Origin: Anaerolineae bacterium
GTDB taxonomy: Bacteria > Chloroflexota > Anaerolineae > JAADDB01
DNA length: 64,000 bases
Assembly: GCA_015486845.1 (NCBI GenBank)
Contig: WFQU01000020.1
Span: 13,214-77,213, forward strand
Reading direction: 5' to 3'
Positions 42,942-53,370 of the stretch are shown in pieces; the stretch's first letter is position 1, and each line of letters starts with the position of its first letter. The notes under the pieces were generated by a model. The model was not told the DNA's origin, did no database searches, and saw nothing but the letters and a program-made list of their open reading frames with translations. The position numbers and the translations under genes are program-made.

Positions 42942-44027
42942 TCACGCCCCGGCCAAACGGCGTAAGGCCACGGCCAGGACCTCCACGGCACGCAGATATT
43001 CCGCCACCTCCACGTGTTCTTGCGGCGTGTGATCCAGCCGTGAATCACCGGGGCCATAGGCTAAAATAGGCACGCCCCATGCCGGGCCCACCACATTCAT
43101 GTCACTGGTTCCCGTTTTCACCTTGAATCCTGGCTTACCTCCTTGTTGACGGATAGCGGCCAGAAAAGCTCGCACCAAAGGCGTGTTTTTGGGGCCGCGG
43201 TACGCTGCCTCATAACCGTAAGAATGCACCGTACCATTACAATCCTCTGCTAAGGTTGCCAAACGCGCCTGGAGCCAATGAATATCCAGACCCACCGGCA
43301 GCCGCAATCCCACTTTCGCATCCACCCAATCGCGTAAGCCGTCACTATCGGTGTGCAATGTGCGCAGCGAGGGCAAGATTTGTGCGAAAGCGCCTTCTTC
43401 TCGGGTATTGAATGTTTCTGCCAGCGTCTTAACACCGATCCACCAGCGAACAGCCGCATCGCCAATGCCGACGGCATTTTCACCGGCAGTGTGCCCCATC
43501 GTCGCTTCAGCATGGAAATCGACCAAAAGGCGGCCTTTGTAACCCAGGGTCAACCGGTTCCAACTGCTGGGCTCGCCGATCACGCAAGCGTCAAGCCTAC
43601 CCTCGGCGAGAAAGCGATCACGAATAAAACGGGCCCCTTTAGAGGTGGCAGATTCTTCTTCCACTGCGCCAACCACGACAAAGCGCCAACCGGGCAATGC
43701 ACCCACACGAGCGGTACCGGCAATAAACGTGCAAAGCGGCCCCTTTGCATCCACACTGCCCCGTCCGTATAGTTGGCCGTTCTCTATACGAACCGGAGGC
43801 TGCCCCGGCACTGTGTCCATGTGCCCCAGCATCACCAACGTGTGCTCGGCGTTAACGGGCCCTATTTCGCCCACTGCGTTGCCTGCTCTATCGACATAGG
43901 CCCGGCTATAGCCCAATGCCCGCATCTGGTCCACCAAAAATTCGCCCACTGCCGCTTCCCGGCCGGAAAAAGAGGGAATGGCTACAGCTTGTCGCAACAG
44001 TTCTACCGCATCTATGGATTGATTCAT
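42942..44027 (-). CDS. M20-family deacylase, [LysW]-lysine/ornithine hydrolase or acetylornithine deacetylase (LysK/ArgE)
   Basis: The M20 metal-binding motifs (HMDTVPG; GRGSVDAKG) are present. The protein is 361 aa and lies adjacent to a class-III aminotransferase. Confidence 0.7.
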   Translation of the reverse strand: MNQSIDAVELLRQAVAIPSFSGREAAVGEFLVDQMRALGYSRAYVDRAGNAVGEIGPVNAEHTLVMLGHMDTVPGQPPVRIENGQLYGRGSVDAKGPLCTFIAGTARVGALPGWRFVVVGAVEEESATSKGARFIRDRFLAEGRLDACVIGEPSSWNRLTLGYKGRLLVDFHAEATMGHTAGENAVGIGDAAVRWWIGVKTLAETFNTREEGAFAQILPSLRTLHTDSDGLRDWVDAKVGLRLPVGLDIHWLQARLATLAEDCNGTVHSYGYEAAYRGPKNTPLVRAFLAAIRQQGGKPGFKVKTGTSDMNVVGPAWGVPILAYGPGDSRLDHTPQEHVEVAEYLRAVEVLAVALRRLAGA

Positions 44028-44041
44028 AGTTTCCTTTCCGG

Positions 44042-45211
44042 TTAAACACTCAATACCGCCCGCAAAGCGGCAATGACCTGATCGATTTGTTCGTAGGTGA
44101 TGACCAAAGGGGGCAGCAGCCGGATGACATTGCCTCCGGCTGGCAAGGTCAAGACCCGATGCTCCAACATAAGCTGTTGTAAATAAGGTGTACTGCGCCG
44201 GGTCAATTCGATCCCGATCATCAGTCCCAAGCCGCGTACTTGCCGCACCACGGGGCTGGAGAAATGCTGCAACGCAGATAACAAGTAGGCGCCCTTTTCC
44301 GCCGCTTGCCGGGGCAAATCCTCTTCCGTCAACACGTCCAAGGTAGCGATCGCCGCGGCGGCGGCCAGCGGATTGCCACCGAACGTCGAGCCGTGAACGC
44401 CGGGGCGCACTTTCTCCGCTACAGAGGCCCGCATCAATGTTGCTCCCATGGGCACCCCGCCGGCGATGCCCTTAGCTATCGTCATAATATCAGGATGCAA
44501 ACCGAAATGCTCCACTGCGAAAAGTTTGCCGGTGCGTCCAAAACCGGTTTGTACTTCATCCATAATCAAGAGCGCACCGGTCTGGTCACAAAGTGCCCGC
44601 GCGCCGGCCAAATAATCCCCTTGTGCGGGATGCACGCCCCCTTCACCCTGCACCACCTCCAACAAAACGGCTGCAGTCTGCTCCCCGACGGCTGCCTGCA
44701 ACGGCGCTAATCTGTTAAACGGCACGTGGCTAAATCCGGGGACCAACGGCTCAAAAGGTCGCCGGTATTTCTTGTTCCAAGTAGCCGAAAGCGCACCGAA
44801 AGTCCGGCCGTGGAAGCCACGCATGGTGGCCACGATTTTCGTGCGTCCCGTCGCCAACCGGGCGAATTTAAGCGCCGCTTCCACGGCCTCGGCACCGGAA
44901 TTGGAAAAGAAGACATGCTGTAAGCCGGACGGTGCTACGGCCACCAAGCGTTGTAAATAACGGGCTCGCACGTCGTTAGGAAATGTTGCTGGGCAAACAA
45001 CTAAGCGGCTGGCTTGATCGCTAATCGCTTTAGCAATGCGTGGGTGGGCGTGACCAACGACAGCCACACCATGGCCACCAACACAATCGATATAAGTCCG
45101 CCCTTCTTGATCCCACAAAGTTGCACCTTGACCCCGCACAATCACAAAAGGACGCAAACTATAAGCGTGGCTACCGTATGCCTGTTCAATTTGTATGGCG
45201 TCGAATGACAT
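44042..45211 (-). CDS. Acetylornithine / [LysW]-aminoadipate-semialdehyde aminotransferase (class III PLP aminotransferase, ArgD/LysJ)
   Basis: [15 protein letters not shown], with the PLP lysine in TIAKGIAGG. This is typical of ArgD. Confidence 0.8.
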   Translation of the reverse strand: MSFDAIQIEQAYGSHAYSLRPFVIVRGQGATLWDQEGRTYIDCVGGHGVAVVGHAHPRIAKAISDQASRLVVCPATFPNDVRARYLQRLVAVAPSGLQHVFFSNSGAEAVEAALKFARLATGRTKIVATMRGFHGRTFGALSATWNKKYRRPFEPLVPGFSHVPFNRLAPLQAAVGEQTAAVLLEVVQGEGGVHPAQGDYLAGARALCDQTGALLIMDEVQTGFGRTGKLFAVEHFGLHPDIMTIAKGIAGGVPMGATLMRASVAEKVRPGVHGSTFGGNPLAAAAAIATLDVLTEEDLPRQAAEKGAYLLSALQHFSSPVVRQVRGLGLMIGIELTRRSTPYLQQLMLEHRVLTLPAGGNVIRLLPPLVITYEQIDQVIAALRAVLSV

Positions 45212-45240
45212 TTACCTTCTCCTCCGAAAACAAAAATGGG

Positions 45241-45338
45241 ACGCAGATCAACGCAGTCTGCGCACACAGATAAAAAACAATGGTCAAAAAATTAGTAACA
45301 GATTCTCCCCTGAAAATAGCTCCTATTGCGCCGGAGTA
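45241..45338 (-). repeat. R3 element copy E, immediately upstream of argD/lysJ
   Basis: The minus strand reads CTACTCCGGCGCAATAGGAGC...TTGTTTTTTATCTGTGTGCGCAGACTGCGTTGATCTGCGTCCC, followed by the RBS TTTTCGGAGGAG and ATG. Confidence 0.65.
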
Positions 45339-45387
45339 GAGGCTTTAGCCGGCGATAGACCCACCAGCCCATCTAAAGGCTGCCTCG

Positions 45388-45560
45388 CCCGGCGATTAGA
45401 AATCGCTGCTACAACTTCGAAACCTGCCTGCGCAGGTTGCATGCTAATCACCGTAGGGCGATTTGGCAGATGTTGCCGTGACTTTTAGTCGCTGGGCCAT
45501 CAGCCGTCATCAACTGGCTCCATTCCTATCCATGTAGCATGACTTCTCGAGCCTGCGACC
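45388..45560 (+). repeat. R1 repeat, full-length copy c
   Basis: CCGGCGATTAGAAATCGCTGCTACAACTTCGAAACCTGCCTGCGCAGGTTGCATGCTAATCACCGTAGGGCGATTTGGCAGATGTTGCCGTGACTTTTAGTCGCTGGGCCATCAGCCGTCATCAAC...GCATGACTTCTCGAGCC. It is about 90% identical to 62531-62700. Confidence 0.8.
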
Positions 45561-45707
45561 TGCAATAAAGTATAACACAAAATGGCCTACATGCGATAGG
45601 GATGACAATGCTTTGCTATGTTTGCATGATGGTTTGCATTTTCCTCGCGGCATGCGTTAAACTATATGGTGATAATCTGTTGCAGGCAATCATGAAGGAG
45701 GCGCAGC

Positions 45708-46196
45708 GTGGGAAACCAATTACAGTCCAGTGCCCAAAAGGTACAAAGCGCTTTGCAAGCGTTAGGCTTTCCGTTTTCGGTCGTCGAGCTATCTGCCTCG
45801 ACACGCACGGCCAGCGAGGCTGCCAGTGCGGTGGGGTGCGGGGTGGCTCAGATCGCCAAGTCGCTGGTTTTTCGCGGCAAACACAGTCATAAGCCGGTTT
45901 TGGTCATCGTTAGTGGTGTCAATAGAGTAGACGAAAAAAAGTTGCGCCAGTTGATTGGCGAGCCGGTAGGCAAAGCAAAAGCCGATTTCGTGCGGGAACA
46001 AACGGGCTTTGCCATTGGCGGTGTGCCGCCGGCGGGCCACGTCCGGCCGATAGAAACCTGGATCGACGAGGATTTGTTGGCGCAAGAGGAAATTTGGGCG
46101 GCAGCAGGAACACCACATGCCCTCTTTTCTTTGTCTCCGGCTGATTTGTTGCGTTTGACCGACGGCACGGTGGTGGATATCAAGGAAGAACAGTGA
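45708..46196 (+). CDS. YbaK/ProX-family aminoacyl-tRNA deacylase
   Basis: The YbaK domain pattern VGCGVAQIAKSLVFRG...PVLVIVSG...FAIGGVPP. GTG start with a GAAGGAGG Shine-Dalgarno. Confidence 0.75.
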   Translation: MGNQLQSSAQKVQSALQALGFPFSVVELSASTRTASEAASAVGCGVAQIAKSLVFRGKHSHKPVLVIVSGVNRVDEKKLRQLIGEPVGKAKADFVREQTGFAIGGVPPAGHVRPIETWIDEDLLAQEEIWAAAGTPHALFSLSPADLLRLTDGTVVDIKEEQ

Positions 46197-46224
46197 CTCC
46201 TTAGCCGTTCTAACCACAACCGCA

Positions 46225-46300
46225 AGATGCTGATTGTTGTTAGTCTTTTCTTGATTTATCTGCGTGTAGTTTGCGTTCTATTGGACCAAGGCTGAACAGT
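46225..46300 (+). repeat. R3 element copy G (3' half), immediately upstream of 2H phosphoesterase gene
   Basis: GCTGATTGTTGTTAGTCTTTTCTTGATTTATCTGCGTGTAGTTTGCGTTCTATTGG matches the 3' blocks of R3-A and R3-B (GCTGATTTTCGCTAATCCTTTCTGATTTGTCTGCGTGGAACCTGCGTTCTATA). Confidence 0.6.
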
Positions 46301-46340
46301 TACGAAGAGCATAACATTGCCATTTGAGGGAGTACCTTAC

Positions 46341-46895
46341 ATGTCATTCGCCATTGAATTGTTCTTCGACGAGACTTTGACGGTTGCCGTGCGTCAGATA
46401 TGGAAAGCTCTGGCCGATGCTGGCGTGAGTTCCCAAATGTTAGACGGCGGCTATCGCCCCCATATTTCTTTGGGTATCTGTGACGAATTAGATGTCGAAA
46501 GCTCCGCCATGGCAATATCGGCCCCGGCGATGCCGCTTTTGCCTGTAACGCTTTCATACTTTGGCATCTTTCACCGCCGGCCGGGAGTAATCTTTCTCGG
46601 CGGAACAGCCACACGTGCTTTGTTGGCGCAGCATGCGCTGTTACAAGCACGATGCCACAATGTTGCTAAAGGATGTTGGCCGGAATACGAAGTGGACGTC
46701 TGGGTTCCACATTGCACGTTGGCCGCTGATCTGCAAGCGGCACAAGTTGAGCAAGCAGTGCGCGTTTGCCGGCAAGCTGTTTTACCGCTGCACGGCTATT
46801 TTCAGGCTATTGGCATTTCGGAAGTCTCGTTGACCAGTCATCGCCTACTTCATTTGTTCCCATTAGATTCCGCCACCGCGGTCGAACCGGACTGA
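46341..46895 (+). CDS. 2H phosphoesterase superfamily protein (LigT-like 2'-5' RNA ligase/cyclic phosphodiesterase)
   Basis: Two H-x-T/S-x motifs (PHISLG and PHCTLA) at the appropriate spacing. Confidence 0.65.
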   Translation: MSFAIELFFDETLTVAVRQIWKALADAGVSSQMLDGGYRPHISLGICDELDVESSAMAISAPAMPLLPVTLSYFGIFHRRPGVIFLGGTATRALLAQHALLQARCHNVAKGCWPEYEVDVWVPHCTLAADLQAAQVEQAVRVCRQAVLPLHGYFQAIGISEVSLTSHRLLHLFPLDSATAVEPD

Positions 46896-46977
46896 ACACG
46901 TGGTCTGGCGACGTTGCGATAAATTTTAATGTCTGCGTATGAGATAGGTGTTCACCATCGCCTATCTCGTACGTAGA

Positions 46978-47022
46978 TTGGAAATTGCTGCCGCAGTGGT
47001 AAAACCTGCCTGCGTAGGCTGT
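46978..47022 (+). repeat. R1 repeat, short partial copy f
   Basis: GATTGGAAATTGCTGCCGCAGTGGTAAAACCTGCCTGCGTAGGCTG against the R1 consensus GATTAGAAATCGCTGC..ACAAC..GAAACCTGCCTGCGCAGGTTGC. Confidence 0.45.
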
Positions 47023-47065
47023 GGCTCAGTCGCTGCAGGATGATTTTACAGATGCTGCCGTTTTG

Positions 47066-49612
47066 TCACGCCCAGCGCACGAGCCCCAATTCGAACGGAT
47101 TGGCCAGAGCCGGATGTTTGGGCGTGGCACGCACACCGTAAACGTAATGCCCATTTTGCGATGTCTGAAAAGCACCCCGATACACAAAAGTGCCATCTTC
47201 TTGCACTTTTTGTTGTGCCATCTCTATCGCCGTGACAGGGCCTTCCTGCCCATTACGGCGAATAACAACTAACTCGACGGCGATTTCTTCCGGCTTGATG
47301 GTGCCGGGGAAAAGATAGGCAGCGACTTCGATCGCCTTTCCTACCGTCCAATGTCCATCTTGGGGGCCTTCGGCGCGCAAGCTGATAGTCGGCCAAAGTT
47401 GGCGCATCCGGGCTTTCCACGCGGCCAGCGCTTTACCTAACTGGTAATGGCTCCCGCTCAGTCGTACTTGTTGTTCTGCGGCCGGGAAATAGTAACGATT
47501 GAAGTACTCTTTGACCATGCGCCGGGTGTTGAATTGCGGCGCAATGGACTGTATACTGGCCTTCATGCGCTGTACCCATTGGACCGGCACGCCATTTTCA
47601 TCGCGAGCGAAGAAAAGCGGTATGATGCCGCGTTCCAATTGGGCGTAAAGCGATAGTGCATCCGCTTCATCTTGCGTTGTTTCGTCTTTGTAGGTTCGCT
47701 CCTCGCCGATAGCCCAGCCATTAGTGCCGTTATAGCCTTCTGGCCACCAGCCGTCTAAGACGCTAAAATTAAGGACGCCGTTGAGGCCTGCTTTTTGCCC
47801 GCTGGTACCGCTGGCTTCCAGAGGGCGCCGCGGGTTATTCAGCCAGACGTCCACGCCTTGCACCAAATGCCGGGCGATGTTGATATCGTAGTTTTCCACA
47901 AAAAGCACTTTGCCCTGGAAGGCCGGCTGTTGGGCTAACTGGTATATCTGTTGGATCAATGCTTTTCCCGGCTCGTCGGCGGGATGTGCTTTGCCGGCGA
48001 AAACGATTTGTACCGGATGTTCGGGATCGGAAAGGATACGCTTGATGCGTTCCATATCGCGGAAAATGAGCATTGCTCGTTTATATGTTGCGTAACGGCG
48101 AGCAAAGCCAATGGTCAACGCTTCTGGATCCAACAATGTCACGGATGCATTGATCTGTTGCACGGTCTCACCATGTCGTAGTCGTTGTTGTTGGATGCGC
48201 TGGCGTAACAATTTGATCAGGGCCTTTTTGTCGGCTTGGTGAACTTCCCATAAAGCCTGATCTTCGATTCTATCCGTCACATTCCAAAAGGCGGGATTGT
48301 CCTGGTCGTCCTGCCATTGCGGTGCGCTTTTTTCTTCTATCAGTGCGGATAACCTTGGGGAAAGCCAGCTTTCCAAATGCACGCCATTGGTCACAGCACT
48401 GATGGGCACTTCAGCCAAGGGTAAACCCGGCCACAAATCGCTCCACATTCGGCGGGAAACAGCACCATGTAATTGGCTCACGCCGTTATGCAAACAGGAG
48501 AGCCGTATCGCCAGCACGGTCATGCTGAATTGCATGCCCCAAGGTGTGTTCCAGCGTCCTAAATCCAGAAATGACTCTCGCGTCAATCCCAATTCACCCC
48601 AATAAAAGCTGAAATATTTGTCCATGAGTTCAAAGCTAAAAGCATCGTTACCGGCCGCTACCGGCGTGTGTGTGGTGAATAGATTAGACGCTTTGGTTAG
48701 TTCCACGCTCTCGTCGAAAGTCAATGCGTCATTGACCATGAATTGGCGGATCCGTTCTAAGCCGAGGAAAGCGGCGTGGCCCTCATTCATGTGGTAAACG
48801 GCCGGCCGAATACCCAATGCGTTGAGCGCCCGTACACCACCAATACCTAAGACGATTTCTTGAGCAATGCGAATTTCTTTGTCGCCGCCATAAAGCCGCG
48901 CTGAAAGGTCTCGATCTTGCTGGGCATTTTGCGACACATCCGTATCCATCAAATAAAGATTGATGCGACCAACCCGAATTTCCCAAACACGAGCATAAAC
49001 GATGCGTCCCGGCAATTTGACATTGACGATGATATCGTTGCCATCTGTATCTTTAGCCGGTAGGGCCGGCACTTCGGAAAAATCTAATTTCTCGTATTCT
49101 GCTTCTTGATAACCATCATGGTTGATTTTCTGCGTGAAATAGCCTTGTGGATAAAGGAAGCCTATCCCAACGAAAGGCAGCCCCAAATCGCTGGCTGCTT
49201 TACAATGATCGCCGGAGAGAATGCCCAAACCGCCAGAGTAGATGGGTAGCACTTCGTGTAAGCCGAACTCAGCCGAAAAATAGGCGATGGGGCCATCCTG
49301 GTAATCGGCGTGGTTTTGTCGGAACCAGGTGTCTTTTTGTCCCATGTAAGCATCGAACTGGCGCAAGACTTCTTTGTATTGGACTAAGAAAGTCTGGTCT
49401 TGTGCCGCTTCGTCCAGCCGGGCTTGCGGGACTTCCCGTAGCAGTTTAATCGGATTGTGGTTCGTGGCTTCCCATATTTCTGCCGATAATGTTTTATAAA
49501 GTGCTTGTGCGTCGTCGTGCCACGCCCACCACAGGTTATTGGCCAGCGCTTCCAAGCGACTGATGGACGCCGGCAAGGTGGGAAATACGGAAAATTGTCC
49601 TAAGATATTCAT
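47066..49612 (-). CDS. glgP: Alpha-glucan (glycogen/maltodextrin) phosphorylase
   Basis: GT35 family. The PLP lysine region is EASGTSGQKAGLNGVLNFSVLDGWW. The start at 49612 (MNILGQF) avoids overlap with the upstream TPR gene. Confidence 0.9.
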   Translation of the reverse strand: MNILGQFSVFPTLPASISRLEALANNLWWAWHDDAQALYKTLSAEIWEATNHNPIKLLREVPQARLDEAAQDQTFLVQYKEVLRQFDAYMGQKDTWFRQNHADYQDGPIAYFSAEFGLHEVLPIYSGGLGILSGDHCKAASDLGLPFVGIGFLYPQGYFTQKINHDGYQEAEYEKLDFSEVPALPAKDTDGNDIIVNVKLPGRIVYARVWEIRVGRINLYLMDTDVSQNAQQDRDLSARLYGGDKEIRIAQEIVLGIGGVRALNALGIRPAVYHMNEGHAAFLGLERIRQFMVNDALTFDESVELTKASNLFTTHTPVAAGNDAFSFELMDKYFSFYWGELGLTRESFLDLGRWNTPWGMQFSMTVLAIRLSCLHNGVSQLHGAVSRRMWSDLWPGLPLAEVPISAVTNGVHLESWLSPRLSALIEEKSAPQWQDDQDNPAFWNVTDRIEDQALWEVHQADKKALIKLLRQRIQQQRLRHGETVQQINASVTLLDPEALTIGFARRYATYKRAMLIFRDMERIKRILSDPEHPVQIVFAGKAHPADEPGKALIQQIYQLAQQPAFQGKVLFVENYDINIARHLVQGVDVWLNNPRRPLEASGTSGQKAGLNGVLNFSVLDGWWPEGYNGTNGWAIGEERTYKDETTQDEADALSLYAQLERGIIPLFFARDENGVPVQWVQRMKASIQSIAPQFNTRRMVKEYFNRYYFPAAEQQVRLSGSHYQLGKALAAWKARMRQLWPTISLRAEGPQDGHWTVGKAIEVAAYLFPGTIKPEEIAVELVVIRRNGQEGPVTAIEMAQQKVQEDGTFVYRGAFQTSQNGHYVYGVRATPKHPALANPFELGLVRWA

Positions 49613-49638
49613 GCGACTACCTTTCTTTTCTATATGTA

Positions 49639-50544
49639 TTACCGGCATTGCAGCCGCTGGCAAAGATCGGCTAACCGCTCCCAATCCGGGTGGTTCTCGA
49701 GTAATTCGGCTAAATCGGCTGTGTGCTCGGCAAAATCGTTGCCGCCGACATCATCATGGCGGGTCATTGCGTAGAGGTCTATTGCCGCTTGCTGCTCCCC
49801 ATCCAGCCAGTGCAATAATGCCCGGCCGTAACGGGCGCGAATAAATTGCGGTTTGTACCGCAACGCCTGGTCCAAGTGGCTTCGGGCTGCATCAACCTGG
49901 CCATCCAGTAATTCCAGGTAAGCGAGGCTGTTCAGTAAAGTCGAGTTTTCCGGATCCGCGAGGGCTGCGCGGCGCATTTCTGCCAGCGCTTCGGGGAAAG
50001 CGTCGTGCAGATAATTAATGTAGCCCAGTAATACGTGTGCTTGCGGGTTATTCGCATCCAAAGTCAAAGCATGGCGCAATGTCTTTTCTGCGTTGAGCAG
50101 ATCGTGGCTACTGAAATAGAAAGCGCCCCAATCGACCCAAAAAACAGCTTCGTCTGGCGCTAAAGTGACGGCGCGCTTGAATTGCTCTCTGGCCTCTTCC
50201 TCATTCCCTAACTGCTGCGTCGCATGTCCCCAACCATGATACGCCGCCGCATAATGTTCGTCCAGCGTTGCGGCGCGCTGGAAAGCTCGACGGGCTGCTT
50301 TGGCATTTTCAAGCAAAAGCCACGCCCAGCCCAACGCGGTTTGGGCTTCTGCTGTATTCGGTGCTTCTTTCTGCAATTTCTTGAGCTGTCGGGTCGCATT
50401 GCGCATATCGCGCACCCGCACTCGATCCAATACCGGCTGTAACCAGGATGGCCAGTCTGTTAGCATAGGTGATTGTATGGCGTCGCTCATGGTGTCACCG
50501 GCTTGATACGACGCATGAATTGCCCTCTGCTTCGCATCTCCCAC
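49639..50544 (-). CDS. TPR repeat protein
   Basis: Multiple 34-aa TPR units (e.g. AQTALGWAWLLLENAKAARRAFQRAATLDEHYA). An alternative start at 50490 is possible. Confidence 0.7.
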   Translation of the reverse strand: MGDAKQRAIHASYQAGDTMSDAIQSPMLTDWPSWLQPVLDRVRVRDMRNATRQLKKLQKEAPNTAEAQTALGWAWLLLENAKAARRAFQRAATLDEHYAAAYHGWGHATQQLGNEEEAREQFKRAVTLAPDEAVFWVDWGAFYFSSHDLLNAEKTLRHALTLDANNPQAHVLLGYINYLHDAFPEALAEMRRAALADPENSTLLNSLAYLELLDGQVDAARSHLDQALRYKPQFIRARYGRALLHWLDGEQQAAIDLYAMTRHDDVGGNDFAEHTADLAELLENHPDWERLADLCQRLQCR

Positions 50545-51005
50545 GGATATACGATCCAGCGATCGGTAACCGCGGCGAAGTAATCGGGACGGTCTTTCGG
50601 GAAGAGTGATTCTGCCGGTTTATAGTGCAAAACGGCCATTTCCGGCCGGCCACCGGCGCTGCGCACGCGTCCGCTGACGGTCATAATAGTCCGGCCGTTG
50701 CTCCAAATGTCGTCCATGATAAGAACTCGGCGGTCACGCAACAGAGCGTCCACGGGGAATTGCAGGAAGGTCGGCCAGGTCAGCCGTTTCTCCACACTGC
50801 TGACAAAATGCACCGCCGCGGTCATCACGTAGCGAATATCCAGTGCCTCGGCGACGATGCCGCCGGGAACAATGCCGCCACGGGTGACCATCAGCAGCGC
50901 ATCGAAATGGCCTTGTAGCTGCGGCAATAATTCATCGATGAGCCGCTCTACGTCGTTCCAACTGAGGATTTCTTCTGGTCTCGGTTTATTGATTGTCCCT
51001 GGCAT
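50487..51005 (-). CDS. Phosphoribosyltransferase (type I PRTase domain protein)
   Basis: The PRPP-binding motif VLIMDDIWSNGRT. Confidence 0.7.
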   Translation of the reverse strand: MPGTINKPRPEEILSWNDVERLIDELLPQLQGHFDALLMVTRGGIVPGGIVAEALDIRYVMTAAVHFVSSVEKRLTWPTFLQFPVDALLRDRRVLIMDDIWSNGRTIMTVSGRVRSAGGRPEMAVLHYKPAESLFPKDRPDYFAAVTDRWIVYPWEMRSRGQFMRRIKPVTP

Positions 51006-51903
51006 CTCGTTTGTCCTCCCAACGTCGATAAGCATCTAATAGCGCGCGCTGCGCTTCCGGTGCAAGATCGGCCAGCGGCGGACGCATGTGGCTGAGCGGC
51101 AAATCGGTCAACGCGGTCAATAGGACTTTGGCTGCCGCGGACATGGGCGCGAATTCCTCCAACAAGCTGCGCACGTCATCGACGGCTTGTTGGGCAGCGC
51201 TGTAATCTTCCCCGGCTAACACTTTTTGCCGCACCGCTTGCAATAAATCCGGCATGACATTGCCGCCAGAGGTGATGGAGCCTTTGGCCCCGGCCGCTTG
51301 TGCCGGGCCAGCTAAGTGGTCGCTGCCCACGAAAATAGTTAGTTGTGGGAAAGCGTGCAAATAGCCCAGCGTGTTTTCCAGGACGCCGCTGGAATCTTTC
51401 AAGCCGAGGATCGCTTCCGGGTGGCTGGCCAGTAAACCGTCGAGTAGATCATGGGTAATGGGCACATGGCTCAACTGCGGTATATTGTAGAGCAGAATGC
51501 GCTGCCCGGGCTGTACGGCTCGGTCTATCAAAGTGCGGTAGAAAGCTAATACCCCGGCCGACGTGACTTGTTTCCAGTAGAATGGCGGCACCACTAACAC
51601 GGCATCGGCGCCTGTGGCGAAAGCGTGTTTGGTTAAAACGATAGCGTCGGTCAATGCTGTCGCGCCGGTGCCTGGAATTACTTGTAGCTTGCCCCGGTGC
51701 GCCATGACTTCTTCCAGAATGGCTTGCCGCTCGGCGATGCTCAGCGATGGGCCTTCACCGTTACTGCCCATGGGCACGATGCCGTCGCACCCATGGTCGC
51801 GCAGAAACGCTAGATGCCGGGGAATCCAGTTTTTCAGCACGGCCAAGCCATCTGCCTCGAATGGGGTGACAGTGGCCGCGAAAACACCTTGTGTTGTGAC
51901 CAT
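50986..51903 (-). CDS. Dihydrodipicolinate synthase/N-acetylneuraminate lyase family protein (DapA family)
   Basis: VFAATVTPF...GCDGIVPMGSNGEGPSLS and a TIM-barrel lyase pattern with lysine in the KDSSG region. Confidence 0.75.
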   Translation of the reverse strand: MVTTQGVFAATVTPFEADGLAVLKNWIPRHLAFLRDHGCDGIVPMGSNGEGPSLSIAERQAILEEVMAHRGKLQVIPGTGATALTDAIVLTKHAFATGADAVLVVPPFYWKQVTSAGVLAFYRTLIDRAVQPGQRILLYNIPQLSHVPITHDLLDGLLASHPEAILGLKDSSGVLENTLGYLHAFPQLTIFVGSDHLAGPAQAAGAKGSITSGGNVMPDLLQAVRQKVLAGEDYSAAQQAVDDVRSLLEEFAPMSAAAKVLLTALTDLPLSHMRPPLADLAPEAQRALLDAYRRWEDKRDARDNQ

Positions 51904-51905
51904 CG

Positions 51906-53342
51906 TTATGCTCCTCGTTCCAAAGTTTCTTGCAATAATTTGCGCACGACATCCGGGTTGGCTTTCCCCTGTGTTTCTCGCATTACCTGTCCCATGAACC
52001 AGCCCATGAGCCCTTTCTTGCCGCCACGGTATTTAGCCACTTCGCCGGGATGATGGGCAAGCAGACGCTCAATGATGCCGGCCAGTGCTGCATCGTCGCT
52101 GACTTGTGCCCAACCGTGATTGACGACAATTCTCTCGGCCGACTCGCCGTTAGCGAACATCTCTGCCAGCACTGCTTTGCCGGTGTTGCGGTTAATTTTG
52201 CCGGTGTCTATCAATTGCAAAATGCTGACTAAGCCGGCTGGTGTGACGTTACCTTCCTTAAAAGTTACACCTTTTTCCCGCGCGATGCCAATTAACTCGC
52301 CGGTGAACCAGGCCGCGACAGTCTTCGGCTGTGGGTAAAGGGCAACGGCGGCTTCGTACCAGTTAGCAATATCCTGTTCCGAAGTGAGAAACATGACGTC
52401 GGCCGGTTGGAGCCGGTATTGGGCAGCGAAACGTTCCGCTTTGGCGTCCGGCAGTTCCGGTAAGCGTTGAGCGATCTCGTCGATCCAGGCCTGACTTACT
52501 TGCAGCGGCGGCAAGTCCGGTTCGGGGAAATAGCGGTAGTCGTTAGCTTCTTCTTTGCTGCGCTGCACAAACGTGTGGCCGGCCGCTTCGTTCCATCCCA
52601 TGGTCACTTGCTTAATTTGGCCGCCGGATTCCAGCACTTGGATGTGCCGTTTTACTTCGTAATCGATGGCGTTGCGTACTGCCCGAAACGAATTTAGGTT
52701 CTTGACTTCAACTTTGGTGCCAAATTCTTTTTGTCCGACGGGACGCACAGAAATATTTGCCTCGCAGCGCATGGCGCCTTTTTCCATGTCCGCGGTGCTG
52801 ACACCCGCGTAGCGCAGCAATGTGCGCAGTTTGGTCAAATAGTTGTACGCTTCGGTGGCGGAACGAATGTCCGCTTCGGTGACGATTTCCAGCAACGGTA
52901 CGCCGGCCCGGTTCAAATCGACCAGGCTGTGATCCCCCATGTGCACTAATTTGCCGGTATCTTCTTCCAAATGGGCCCGCTCAATGCGAATACGCTTCGG
53001 TTGGCCGTTATCGTCCTGGATGTCTACGTGACCGTGCAGGCAAAGGGGCAGTTCGTATTGGGAAATCTGGTAGCCTTTGGGCAGGTCTGGATAATGATAG
53101 TTCTTACGGGCAAAAACAGCGGTCTCGGCAATGTCGCTGTGCAGCGCTAAGCCGGCCAGAATAGTGGCTTCTACCGCTGCTTTATTGATTACGGGCAATG
53201 CGCCGGGCAGTGCCAAGCAAACGGGGCACACGTGGGTGTTCGGCGGCGCGTCGGCATAATCGGCGCTGCATGAACAAAACATTTTCGATTCAGTCAAAAG
53301 CTGGGCATGCACTTCCATGCCGATGATGACTTCGTATTCCAT
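51906..53342 (-). CDS. gatB: Aspartyl/glutamyl-tRNA(Asn/Gln) amidotransferase subunit B
   Basis: [25 protein letters not shown] and the C-terminal GatB/YqeY domain. AAGGAG Shine-Dalgarno before ATG at 53342. Confidence 0.9.
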   Translation of the reverse strand: MEYEVIIGMEVHAQLLTESKMFCSCSADYADAPPNTHVCPVCLALPGALPVINKAAVEATILAGLALHSDIAETAVFARKNYHYPDLPKGYQISQYELPLCLHGHVDIQDDNGQPKRIRIERAHLEEDTGKLVHMGDHSLVDLNRAGVPLLEIVTEADIRSATEAYNYLTKLRTLLRYAGVSTADMEKGAMRCEANISVRPVGQKEFGTKVEVKNLNSFRAVRNAIDYEVKRHIQVLESGGQIKQVTMGWNEAAGHTFVQRSKEEANDYRYFPEPDLPPLQVSQAWIDEIAQRLPELPDAKAERFAAQYRLQPADVMFLTSEQDIANWYEAAVALYPQPKTVAAWFTGELIGIAREKGVTFKEGNVTPAGLVSILQLIDTGKINRNTGKAVLAEMFANGESAERIVVNHGWAQVSDDAALAGIIERLLAHHPGEVAKYRGGKKGLMGWFMGQVMRETQGKANPDVVRKLLQETLERGA

Positions 53343-53370
53343 GCTGAATTCTCCTTCGAAAATCAATAGG

